From: an uncultured Candidatus Rokubacteria bacterium
GTDB lineage: Bacteria > Methylomirabilota > Methylomirabilia > Rokubacteriales > CSP1-6
DNA length: 64,000 nucleotides
Assembly (NCBI GenBank): GCA_963747235.1
Contig: CAVVEU010000033.1
Span: 96,001-160,000, forward strand
Reading direction: 5' to 3'
Shown: one piece after another, positions 55,187 through 64,000 of the stretch
Layout of the letters: every line of letters starts with the position of its first letter
Position numbering within the stretch: the stretch's first letter is position 1
The notes under the pieces: generated by a model
What the model was told of the DNA's origin: nothing
Databases searched by the model: none
Seen by the model: the letters and a program-made list of their open reading frames with translations, nothing else
Position numbers and translations under genes: made by a program

Positions 55187-56185
55187 ATGTCCAGGGTCTT
55201 GATGATCGCCGCGTGCCTGCTGCGGCCCATTCCCGCGTGGGCCGCCGATACCGTCAACGTCTACACCGCCTGGCCCGAGTCGCTGTCGCAGCCGATCTTC
55301 AAGGCCTACACCGCCAAGACCGGCGTGCAGATCAACTTCATCCGCCTCTCCACCGGAGAGCTGGTGGCGCGCGCCACCGCCGAGAAGAACAACCCCCGCG
55401 CCGACGTGATCTGGGGCGCTCCGGGCGACGGCTTCGCGGCGGCCAAGGCGGCGGGCATCATCGAGCCCTACAAGGCGGCGGGCTGGGGCAAGATCGCCCC
55501 CGAGCTGAAGGATCCGGAGGGTTATTACACGGCGGTGAGCAAGAACACGCTGCTGTTCATGTCCAACGCCAAGCTCCTCAAGGAAAAAGGACTCAAGCCC
55601 CCCACCTCCTGGAACGATCTGCTCGATCCGGCCTACAAGGGACAGATCCAGACCGCGGATGCCCGCACCTCGGGCACCGCGCTGACGCGCATCCTCTCCA
55701 TCTACTACGCGTTCGGGAAGGACGAGGAGAAGACGATCGACTACCAGAAGAAGCTCCACGCGAACGTGCAGGTCTACACCAAGAGCGGCGGCGGCTGCAC
55801 CATCCCGGCCGCGATGGGCCAGGCCATGGTGTGCATCGCCCACATGCCCGACGCGATGGAGGCCAAGAAGAAGGGCTACGACATGGTGACCACGTTCCCC
55901 CGTGAGGGCGTGGCCGCGGTCATCGAGGCGGTGGCCCTGGTCAAGGGGGCCAAGAACCGCGAGGCCGCCACGAAGTTCATCGACTGGACGTTCACCAAGG
56001 ACATGCAGGACCTCCTCGACAAGAACGAGGTCTACATGCTGCCGACCCTGCCCGAGGGAAGCGTCAACCCGGCGGTCCAGGCCCTGATGAAGGAGGCCAA
56101 GCTCCTCCCGGTGGACCTCGAGTGGGTGGGCAAGAACCGCAAGCGCCTGGTGGACCGCTGGGTCAACGAGGTCATCAAGGACTGA
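55187..56185 (+). CDS. Fe(III)/polyamine/phosphonate-type ABC substrate-binding protein (AfuA-like)
   Basis: RLSTGE, EKNNPRADVIWG, SWNDLLDP.YKG, SGT, P.EG, A.KFIDW; GAGGAGG RBS. Confidence 0.85.
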   Translation: MSRVLMIAACLLRPIPAWAADTVNVYTAWPESLSQPIFKAYTAKTGVQINFIRLSTGELVARATAEKNNPRADVIWGAPGDGFAAAKAAGIIEPYKAAGWGKIAPELKDPEGYYTAVSKNTLLFMSNAKLLKEKGLKPPTSWNDLLDPAYKGQIQTADARTSGTALTRILSIYYAFGKDEEKTIDYQKKLHANVQVYTKSGGGCTIPAAMGQAMVCIAHMPDAMEAKKKGYDMVTTFPREGVAAVIEAVALVKGAKNREAATKFIDWTFTKDMQDLLDKNEVYMLPTLPEGSVNPAVQALMKEAKLLPVDLEWVGKNRKRLVDRWVNEVIKD

Positions 56186-56186
56186 C

Positions 56187-57889
56187 GTGAGCCCGGCCCC
56201 CGCCCCGGCGGGCTCGTCGCGGGCGGCGCTGCGGGATCCGGTCCTGGCCCCGGTGGTCCTGCTGCTCTGGGCGGCCGTCGCGCTCTTCGTTCTCTACCCG
56301 GTCACCCGGCTGCTCGCGCTGACGTTCTGGGACGACGGCCCGACGCTCGGCGCGGTACGCGAGCTCGTCGGGAGCTGGCAGCATCGCCGGGCGCTCTGGA
56401 ACAGCCTGGTCCTGGCCGGCCTGGTGGGCGCGGCGGGCACCGCGCTCGGCTTCGCCTTCGCGCTCCTGGCCGTCCGGGCGAACCTGCCGCGCTGGGTGGG
56501 CACGGTTCTCGATACCATCGTCCTGCTGCCGCTGATCTCCCCGCCCTTCACCGCCGCCATCGCCCTCATCTTCGCCCTGGGCCCGCGGGGGCTCATCTCC
56601 TATCACGTGTTCGGCATCACCGGCCTCAACATCTACGGCCTCGGCGGCACGCTCCTGTCGGAGACGCTCACCTACTTCCCGATCGCCTATCTCACGCTCA
56701 AGGGCGTGCTCGCCAACATCGACCCGAACCTGGAAGACGGCGGCTTCAGCCTCGGGCGCGCGGCGCTTGCGCGTGTTCCGCACCATCACCGTGCCGCTCG
56801 CGGCGCCGGGGATCGCCAACGCGTTCCTGCTCCTCACCGCGGCGTCGCTGGCCGACTTCGCCACCCCGCTGATCCTGGGCGGCACCAAGTTCCCGGTGCT
56901 CCCCACCCAGGCCTTTCTCCAGATCACCGGGCTCTACGACATGCGGGGCGGCGCCGCGCTCTCGTTCCTGCTGCTGGTCCCCGCGCTGGCCGTCTTCGTG
57001 GCCCAGCGCTGGTGGACGGAGCGCCGCTCGGTGGTCACGGTGACCGGCAAGGTGGGCGCGGCCACGCGCGTGAAGAGCCTCTCGCCCGGGGCGGTGGCGG
57101 CGCTGGCCCTGGTGTGCGCGCTCACCGTGACGCTGGTGCTGACCTTCTACCTGCTGATCGTGTTCGCCTCGCTGGTGCGGGCCCTGGGCGCGGACAACAG
57201 CTTCTCCACCGCCCACTACGCCCACGTGTTCAGCGGCGGGCTCAAGGCCATCCGCGACACCCTCGTCATCGCGGCGGTGTGCATGCCGGCGGGCGGGCTC
57301 TTCGCGGTGGTGCTGGGCTACGTGGTGGCGCGCACCCAGTTTCCCGGGACGCCGGGCCCTGGAGTTCGCGGCCATGATCAACTACGCGCTGCCCGGGACC
57401 ATCGTGGGCATCGCGTACCTGGTGGCGTTCAACGATCCGCCCCTGGCGCTGACCGGCACCGCGTTCATCCTGGTGATCTGCTACGTGTTCCGCTACAGCC
57501 TGGCCGGCACCCGCGCCACCACCGCGCTGCTCGCGCAGGTGGACCCGTCGATCGAGGAGGCCTCGGCGAGCCTCGGGGCGCGAAGGGACGTGACGTTTCG
57601 CCGGATCGTGCTCCCGCTGATCCGGCCCGCGCTGCTCGCGGGCATGACCGTGCTCTTCATCCGGGCCATGACCGCGATCAGCGCCACCATCTTCCTGGTC
57701 TCGCTGAGCTGGTCGCTGGTGACGGTGCGCATCCTCGAGGGCATCACCAATCTCGAGCTGGGGCAGGCCTCGGCCTTCTCGGTGCTGGTCATCCTGCTCG
57801 TCTACGCCGCGGTCATCCTCTCCAGCCTGGTCATGCGCCGGCTCAACGCGGGCAGCCTCGGCCAGGCGGGCACGCTGCTGGGCGGATGA
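56187..57889 (+). CDS. Fe(III)-type ABC permease with duplicated domain (AfuB/FbpB-like; frameshifts near 56760 and 57350)
   Basis: PLISPPF, DPNLED..SLG, ADFATP, YALPGT, DPSIEEASASLGA across three frames. Confidence 0.8.
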
Positions 57890-58986
57890 GCGCGGCGGGC
57901 GCGCGGCTCCGGCTCGTCTCCGTCTCCAAGCGCTTCGTCCGCGCCGAGCAGGGCGTGGCCGCGGTGGACGACGTGAGCCTCACCGTGGAGCCGGGCGAGC
58001 TGCTGACCCTGCTCGGGCCCTCCGGCTGCGGCAAGACCACGACCTTGCGAATGGTCGCGGGCTTCGAGCAGCCGGACTCGGGGCGGGTCCTGATCGACGA
58101 GCAGGACGTCACCGGCCTCATGGTCTACCGCCGGAGCATCGGCTTCGTGTTCCAGAACTACGCGCTCTTCCCGCACCTCACCGTGTTCGAGAACGTGGCC
58201 TACGGCCTGCGCGTGAAGCGGCTCGCCGCGGGCGCGATCCGCGAGCGGGTGGAGCGCGTGCTCGCCCTGGTGGGGCTCCCCGGCTACGAGCGCCGCTTCC
58301 CGAACCAGCTCTCGGGCGGCGAGCAGCAGCGGGTCGCGGTGGCGCGCGCGGTGGTGGTGGAGCCGCGGCTGCTCCTCTTCGACGAGCCGCTCAGCAACCT
58401 GGACGCCAAGCTGCGGGTGCAGATGCGCGAGGAGCTCTCGCGGCTGCAGCGCCAGCTCGCCATCACCACGATCTACGTGACCCACGACCAGGAAGAGGCG
58501 ATGGCCATCTCCGACCGCATCGCGGTGATGCACGCGGGCCGCGTGGCCCAGGTCGGCACCGCGCACGATCTCTACCGCGCGCCGCGCTCCGTGTTCGTCG
58601 CCCAGTTCATCGGCCGCGTCAACCTCCTGCCCGCCCGCGTGGTGCGCGCGGACCCCGGCGCCGCGGTGGTGGCCCTCTGGGGGCGCGAGATCCCGGTGCC
58701 CGCCGAGGAGCCGGCCGCGGCCGGGCAGACCGTGTCCCTGGTGCTGCGGCCCGAATCGGTGGCGCTCCTGCCCGAGGGCGCGGCCGCGCCGGCGGGGGAG
58801 GTCGCCGTCGCGGGCGTGGTGCGGAGCCGGACGTTCCTGGGCGAGAAGGTCGAGTACGCGGTGGAGGTCGCGGGCGTGCTGCTCCAGGCCGTCTCCTACG
58901 ATCCGCTCCGCCACGGCCTCTTCGACCTGGGCGCCCGCGTCCAGATCGCCTGCGCGCCCGCCTCCCTCCGCGTCCTCCGCGCCTGA
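57886..58986 (+). CDS. ABC ATP-binding protein (AfuC/PotA-like)
   Basis: GPSGCGKTT, VFQNYALFPH, LSGGEQQR, DEPLSNLDA, TOBE-like C-terminus. Confidence 0.92.
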   Translation: MSAAGARLRLVSVSKRFVRAEQGVAAVDDVSLTVEPGELLTLLGPSGCGKTTTLRMVAGFEQPDSGRVLIDEQDVTGLMVYRRSIGFVFQNYALFPHLTVFENVAYGLRVKRLAAGAIRERVERVLALVGLPGYERRFPNQLSGGEQQRVAVARAVVVEPRLLLFDEPLSNLDAKLRVQMREELSRLQRQLAITTIYVTHDQEEAMAISDRIAVMHAGRVAQVGTAHDLYRAPRSVFVAQFIGRVNLLPARVVRADPGAAVVALWGREIPVPAEEPAAAGQTVSLVLRPESVALLPEGAAAPAGEVAVAGVVRSRTFLGEKVEYAVEVAGVLLQAVSYDPLRHGLFDLGARVQIACAPASLRVLRA

Positions 58987-58992
58987 CCCCAG

Positions 58993-60306
58993 CTACCGCG
59001 CCATCATCTGGCGGGGGAGCCAGAGGGCGAGCTCGGGGAAGAGGAAGAGCAGGATCACCATGAGGATCATCAGCAGCACGTAGGGCGTGGTGCCCACCGT
59101 GACCTCGCGGGCGGTGCTGCCCGGCATCAGGCCCTGGATGACGAAGAGGTTCAGCCCCACCGGCGGCGTGATGAAGCCGATCTCGAGCCACACCACCATG
59201 ATGATGCCGAACCACACCGGGTCGAAGCCCAGGCCGGTGATGAGGGGGAAGAGGATCGGCAGCAGGATGATCATCACCGACAGCTCCTCGAGCGCGTAGG
59301 CGATCACGAGGAGGAACGAGAACACCGCGGTGAAGAAGGCCCACTTGGGCAGCCCGAGCGAGACCACGTAGGCGAGCAGGGCCTTGGGCGCGCCGATCAG
59401 GGCGATGACGTGGGAGAAGATGGCCGCGAAGATGATGATGGCCATCACCATCGAGGTGGTGCGCACCGTCTCCTCGAAGGCGCGCCGCATCGCCACCCAG
59501 GTGAGGGTCCCCGCCCACCAGGCGAGCAGCAGGCTCACCATGGTGCCCAGCGCCGCGGCCTCGGTGGGCGTGACGATGCCCAGGTACATCGAGCCCAGCA
59601 CCACCACGATCAGGATCGCGACCGGCAGCACCTCGCGCAGGGCCTCGAGCTTGGAGGCGAAGGAGCCGCGGTCCTCGGCCGCGCGCGGCGCCGCCTCCGG
59701 CCAGATCATCGCGTAGACGATCACGTAGGCCGCGAAGATCAGCGACAGCAGGATGCCCGGGATGATGCCCGCCATGTAGAGATGGCCCACCGAGGTCTCG
59801 GTCATCACCCCGTAGATGATCATCGGGATCGACGGCGGGATCAGGATGCCCAGCGTGCCCCCCGCGGCGAGCGAGCCGATGATCACGCTGCGGCGATAGC
59901 CGCGGCGCTCCATCTCGGGAATCGCGATCATGCCGATGGTGGCCGCGGTGGCCACGCTCGAGCCCGACACCGCCGCGAACACCGCGCAGGAGAAGATGCT
60001 CGCCACCGCGAGGCCGCCGGGCAGGAAGCCGACCCAGCGCGCCATCGCCCGGAAGAGGCCGCGGCCGATGCCCGAGTGCAGCAGGATGCCGCTCATGAAC
60101 ACGAAGAGCGGCACCGCGATGAACGAGAAGCTGGTGGCGTTGGACCAGGCGATGGACCCGATGACGCCCAGGCCCACCGTGAAGCCCTTGAGGTAGAGCA
60201 GCCCGAGCAGGCCGACCAGCCCGAGCGCGATGGACACCTCGAGCCCGAGGGCCAGCAGGAGGAACATGAGCCCGATCAGCAGGCTCCCGAGCAGGGCGTC
60301 GGTCAA
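58993..60306 (-). CDS. dctM: TRAP transporter large permease
   Basis: AVPLFVFM, FAAVSGSSVATAA, GGTLGILIPPSIP, TPTEAA, GFDPVWFG, TPPVGLNL; TTG start overlaps dctQ stop. Confidence 0.92.
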   Translation of the reverse strand: MTDALLGSLLIGLMFLLLALGLEVSIALGLVGLLGLLYLKGFTVGLGVIGSIAWSNATSFSFIAVPLFVFMSGILLHSGIGRGLFRAMARWVGFLPGGLAVASIFSCAVFAAVSGSSVATAATIGMIAIPEMERRGYRRSVIIGSLAAGGTLGILIPPSIPMIIYGVMTETSVGHLYMAGIIPGILLSLIFAAYVIVYAMIWPEAAPRAAEDRGSFASKLEALREVLPVAILIVVVLGSMYLGIVTPTEAAALGTMVSLLLAWWAGTLTWVAMRRAFEETVRTTSMVMAIIIFAAIFSHVIALIGAPKALLAYVVSLGLPKWAFFTAVFSFLLVIAYALEELSVMIILLPILFPLITGLGFDPVWFGIIMVVWLEIGFITPPVGLNLFVIQGLMPGSTAREVTVGTTPYVLLMILMVILLFLFPELALWLPRQMMAR

Positions 60307-60815
60307 CGGGGCTCCGTGGACGGCGGCACCTCGTCGCGCCCGGCGGGCGGCCCCAGCGCGGCGCGGAGCTGGCGGCGGAGGGCGCCGAGCATGACCGCGC
60401 TCATCAGGAGGAGGCCGGCCGGGATGAGCAGCATGGGCGCCCAGAGCGGGTACAGCATGACGGTGGACACGCGCCCGTACCGGTAGGCGGTGAGCGCGGA
60501 CTGCAGCGTGGTCCACGACACCACGAGGATGAACGCGATGCCCAGCGCCAGGCCGGCGGCCCGCAGCCAGGCGCGCAGCGCGGGCGGCAGGTGCGTGGTG
60601 ATCAGGTCCACCCGCACGTGCCCGCCGCTCAGGAAGGTGTAGGCGAGGCCGCCGAAGATCACCAGCACCAGGAGGAAGCTCGCCACCTCGTCCACGAAGA
60701 GCAGCGGCGAGTTGAGGAAGTAGCGGAGCAGGACGTCGGCGGAGATGAACACCGCGATGGCCAGCGTGGCGATGCCGGCCAGCAGCGCGGCGACCCAGGA
60801 GAGCCGCGCGATCAC
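60303..60815 (-). CDS. dctQ: TRAP transporter small permease
   Basis: DVLLRY, DE, GGHVRVDL; four hydrophobic segments. Confidence 0.9.
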   Translation of the reverse strand: MIARLSWVAALLAGIATLAIAVFISADVLLRYFLNSPLLFVDEVASFLLVLVIFGGLAYTFLSGGHVRVDLITTHLPPALRAWLRAAGLALGIAFILVVSWTTLQSALTAYRYGRVSTVMLYPLWAPMLLIPAGLLLMSAVMLGALRRQLRAALGPPAGRDEVPPSTEPR

Positions 60816-60940
60816 AGCCCGAGCATCCGCAGCGCCTGCTCCACGACCTCCGCGAGCGCGGGCTCCGCCGAGCCCCCGAGGCTGCCCGACGCGATGGCGA
60901 GGGCCGCCGCCGCGGTCATGATCCAGGCGAGCCGGTTCAC
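60812..60940 (-). pseudogene. 42-aa remnant at the DctP position (signal peptide joined to a C-terminal-like tail)
   Basis: GTG start; MNRLAWIMTAAAALAIASGSLGGSAEPALA-EVVEQALRMLGL-TGA; GTGA overlaps at both ends. Confidence 0.6.
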
Positions 60941-61446
60941 CGGAGCAGCCCCGCGACGATGTCGGCGAGCGCGGCTTCGGCCTTGCGCCGCTGATCCTCC
61001 GCGGTCTCCCCGCCCTTCCGATGCGGGATCACCACCAGGGCCAGGTCCGGCACGTTCTGCAGCCGCGCCTGCATGCGCGCCGCGTTCTCGAAATTATCCC
61101 AGACGATCGTCACGGTATGGATCCCCCGCTTCTCCAGCGCGGCGGCGTCGAGCACACTGCCCGACGTGCACGAGCCTCAGAGCCCGATGCCCACCACCGC
61201 CGCGCTCGCGGCGGCCGCGGCCTCGTCGATGAGGGCGCGCGGCGAGGGCGCGGTGCCGGACGGCTTCACCAGCCGCCGCACGGTGGCCCCGTGCTCGCGG
61301 CCCAGCAGCGCCTCGAGATGGGTGGTGAACGGGATGTCGAGATTGTCGTCCACCAGGGCGATGGTGGCGCCCGCGAGCGCGCGCGGCCGCGCCGCCGCGG
61401 ATCCGCCGCCGCCGAGCTCGGGCCAGACCGGGCTCAGGATCTCCAT
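60937..61446 (-). CDS. UGSC family selenoprotein (169 aa, Sec90)
   Basis: ORFs 61177..61446 and 60937..61155 are one frame joined by TGA: VVGIGL-U-GSCTSGSVLDAAALE; SECIS-like hairpin follows. Confidence 0.85.
61146..61166 (-). promoter_or_regulatory. Bacterial SECIS-like element
   Basis: mRNA UGA + 10 nt + CGUCGGGCA-GUG-UGCUCGACG; loop starts 19 nt after UGA with GU. Confidence 0.7.
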
Positions 61447-61449
61447 CGC

Positions 61450-62520
61450 TCAGGCCCTCCGGATCGCGCGGGTGACCGCGAAGCCCCCGAAGCCGCCCCA
61501 GCCGGGCAGCACCGCCGCGAAGTAGCTGCGCCCGCCCGCCACCGCGATGTGGATGTCGTCCGGCTCCGCGGAGACCGGGACGCGGGTGGTCGGGTTGTCG
61601 AGGTCGTAGCGGAGCGGGTAGCGGCCGGCGTCGCGCTCCATCTTCCGGAACTGCTCGTGCACCACCCCGCACGCCCGCACCTCGGCGATCGGCCGGCGCG
61701 CGTGCTCCCAGAGGTAGCGGCGCACGTCGGTCTTGGACCAGCCGCGCTTGGCGAACTCCTCGGCGTTGAGCGGGTTCAGCACCACCAGCATCTGCCCCAT
61801 CACGTGCATGTTGTTGTTGCCGAGCCCGCACATGGAGTCGGTCAGCACGTGGAGCATCTCCTCCGGCGTGCCGTAGCAGAAGACGCTGTGCGGCCCCTCG
61901 CAGGCGAAGACGGTCACCGCGTCGGACCCCGGCGGGCAGCCGCGCTCCACGTGCAGCGGCGCCCACGGGTTGTCTTCCTCCTCTTCCGCGATGCAGAACG
62001 CGTACTCGCCCGGGTGGGAGAGCGTGGCCTTGTCGGTGTCCCACGGCACCGCGCCGCCCAGGTTCCACAGCGCCAGCCGCACCGCGCGCCCCACCGCCGC
62101 GTTGGCCCGGTAGCCGTTGCCGAAGACCCCGTCGCGCGAGTTGAAGCCGAGCTCGCGCGCGATGGGGCCGTTGACGATGACCAGGGGCACGCACATGTGG
62201 GTGGTCTGGCTCACCCCGTTGAGATTGTGGGCGGGGTCGAGCAGCGCCTCCAGCGCGGCCAGCACCACCGGGAAGTGCGCGGGCAGGCAGCCGCCCATCA
62301 CCGCGTTGATGGCCAGCTTCTCGACCGTCGCGGGGCCGCCCTTGGGCGGCACCGGGCCCAGGCTCTCCTGCGGGTCGCGGCCCGCTCCCGCGATCATCGC
62401 CTCCACGCGCCGCCGCGTGGGCAGCACGACCGGGAGACCGTCGGTCCAGTTCCGCTGGTAGAAGAGCTCCACCGCCTCGTCGTAGTCGTCGATGTCGAGG
62501 CGTTCCGAGACGAGATACAT
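61450..62520 (-). CDS. Conserved Cys-rich hypothetical protein, UGSC-selenoprotein partner
   Basis: WTDGLPVVLPT, TVEKLAINAVMGGC, VNGP, RANAAVGRA, W.PLHVERG, IAVAGG. Confidence 0.75.
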   Translation of the reverse strand: MYLVSERLDIDDYDEAVELFYQRNWTDGLPVVLPTRRRVEAMIAGAGRDPQESLGPVPPKGGPATVEKLAINAVMGGCLPAHFPVVLAALEALLDPAHNLNGVSQTTHMCVPLVIVNGPIARELGFNSRDGVFGNGYRANAAVGRAVRLALWNLGGAVPWDTDKATLSHPGEYAFCIAEEEEDNPWAPLHVERGCPPGSDAVTVFACEGPHSVFCYGTPEEMLHVLTDSMCGLGNNNMHVMGQMLVVLNPLNAEEFAKRGWSKTDVRRYLWEHARRPIAEVRACGVVHEQFRKMERDAGRYPLRYDLDNPTTRVPVSAEPDDIHIAVAGGRSYFAAVLPGWGGFGGFAVTRAIRRA

Positions 62521-62651
62521 GGGCGGTCGATCTCCTGGGCCGGATGGGCGGCGCCGTATTGTCCCCGATTCCTCCCGGCGCGACAAGCGGCTTGAGCCCT
62601 TGACTTCTCCGGCGCCTCGCGCTATCGGTGTCGGACCCCCCACCGGGATCC

Positions 62652-64000
62652 ATGGACGAAGCGGCCCTTCGGGAGATGCTCGCGCAGGTGAAGCACGGCG
62701 GTCTCACGCGCCGGCGCTTCGTGCAGGCGCTCGCCGCGCGCCGGCCTCGGCGCCCCGGTGGCCGGCGGCCTCCTGGGCGCGGCGGGCGTGGCCACCGCGC
62801 AGCCGCGCGAGGCCGACTTCACACCCACCCGGCGCGGCGGCGGCGGCACCCTCCGCATGCTGATGTGGGACGCGCCCACCCTGCTGCACCCGCACTTCGG
62901 CCGCGGCCTCCGCGACTTCACGGTCCAGCGGATCTTCTACGAGCCGCTCGCCGCCCCCGCCGCCGACGGCACCTTCGTGCCGGTCCTGGCCGAGGAGCTG
63001 CCCAACCGCAAGGCGGGCACGCTGGCCAAGGACGGGCAATGGGTGACGTGGCGGCTCAAGCGCAACGTGCTCTGGCACGACGGCGCTCCGTTCACCGCCG
63101 ACGACGTGATCTTCAACTGGGAGTTCGCGATCGACCCCGCCACCGCCGCGGGCACCCGCGCGGCGTACGACGACATCACGCGGATCGAGAAGATCGACTC
63201 GCACACCGTGAAGCTCGTCTTCAAGAAGCCGCAGCCCTTCTGGGCCTCCGCGTTCACCGGCGGCGGGCTGCTCCCGCGCCACCTCTTCGAGCGGGCGAAG
63301 GGCGCGGGCGCCCGCGAGGCGATCGGCATGCTGCCCGCGGTCGGCACCGGGCCCTACCGGCTCGCCGAGTTCCGGCCGGGCGACTTCATCCGCGCGGAGA
63401 TCAACAAGCACTACCACGTGCCGAACCGGCCGTTCTTCGACCAGCTCGAGATCAAGTGCGGCGGCGACGCGGTGGGGGCGGCCCGCGCGGTGCTGCAGAC
63501 CGGCGAGTACGACTTCGCCTACTACGTGCTGGTGGAAGAAGAGGTCCTGCGGCGGATCGAGCAGGGCGGCAAGGGCCGCGTCCTCTCCATCCCGAGCAGC
63601 GGGGTGAGCTTCATCCAGTGCAACCAGACGGATCCCTGGCGCGAGGTGGACGGCGAGCGCTCGAGCCTCAAGGCCCCCCACCCGCAGCTCAGCGAGCAGC
63701 CGGTGCGCACCGCGCTGAGCCTGCTGGTGGACCGCGTGGCCATCCAGGAGCACCTGGTGGGGCGGATCGGCCAGATCACGGCCAACTTCCTGACCTCCCC
63801 GGAGCGCTTCCGCTCGAGGAGCAGCACCTGGGAGTTCAACGTCGAGAAGGCCAACGATCTCCTGGACCAGGCGGGTTACGCGCGCGGCCCCGACGGAGTC
63901 CGCGCCAAGGACGGCCGGCGCCTGCGCTTACTGTTCCAGGCCGCGGCCAACAGCACGGTGCAGAAGATCCAGATGGTGGTCAAGCAGACGGCCGCGCGCG
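62652..64000 (+). CDS. Peptide ABC substrate-binding protein, family 5, Tat-exported (partial; frameshift near 62740)
   Basis: Manual translation MDEAALRE...LTRRRFVQ, RRGGGGTLRMLMWDAPTLLHPHF, WHDGAPFTADDV, VGTGPY; runs off window end. Confidence 0.85.
   Translation, partial: MDEAALREMLAQVKHGGLTRRRFVQALAARRPRRPGGRRPPGRGGRGHRAAARGRLHTHPARRRRHPPHADVGRAHPAAPALRPRPPRLHGPADLLRAARRPRRRRHLRAGPGRGAAQPQGGHAGQGRAMGDVAAQAQRALARRRSVHRRRRDLQLGVRDRPRHRRGHPRGVRRHHADREDRLAHREARLQEAAALLGLRVHRRRAAPAPPLRAGEGRGRPRGDRHAARGRHRALPARRVPAGRLHPRGDQQALPRAEPAVLRPARDQVRRRRGGGGPRGAADRRVRLRLLRAGGRRGPAADRAGRQGPRPLHPEQRGELHPVQPDGSLARGGRRALEPQGPPPAAQRAAGAHRAEPAGGPRGHPGAPGGADRPDHGQLPDLPGALPLEEQHLGVQRREGQRSPGPGGLRARPRRSPRQGRPAPALTVPGRGQQHGAEDPDGGQADGRA

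Overview
This is a very GC-rich bacterial window with about 58 CDS, no rRNA, tRNA or CRISPR array, and no transposase or integrase. The gene repertoire resembles Candidatus Rokubacteria/Methylomirabilota (inference only). It is dominated by solute uptake: four class-5 peptide-type ABC binding proteins, a sugar-type ABC, an Ugp-type ABC, an Fe/polyamine-type ABC, a TRAP system, an MFS transporter and a single-chain double ABC transporter. Catabolic and detoxification enzymes include five luciferase-like oxidoreductases, TauD- and PhyH-type dioxygenases, SDRs, hydrolases, two DinB proteins and a flavin halogenase-family enzyme. About 20 genes are split by single-base frameshifts, most likely long-read errors. 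Main signals: (1) a minus-strand operon at 58993-62520 with an in-frame UGA in a U-G-S-C motif followed by a SECIS-like hairpin (UGSC-family selenoprotein missed by the ORF track), its Cys-rich partner, and a TRAP transporter whose DctP has collapsed to a 42-aa signal-peptide/C-tail remnant, linked by stop/start overlaps; (2) a cluster of uncharacterised Pro/aromatic-rich envelope proteins behind sigma54-like and ECF-like promoters (22.7-27.3 kb); (3) two possibly related ~170-180 bp long-hairpin elements whose arm mismatches are G-T wobbles on the + strand, plus several REP-like palindromes; (4) repeated leaderless-type promoter architecture. All functional calls rest on motif recognition; no database searches were run.
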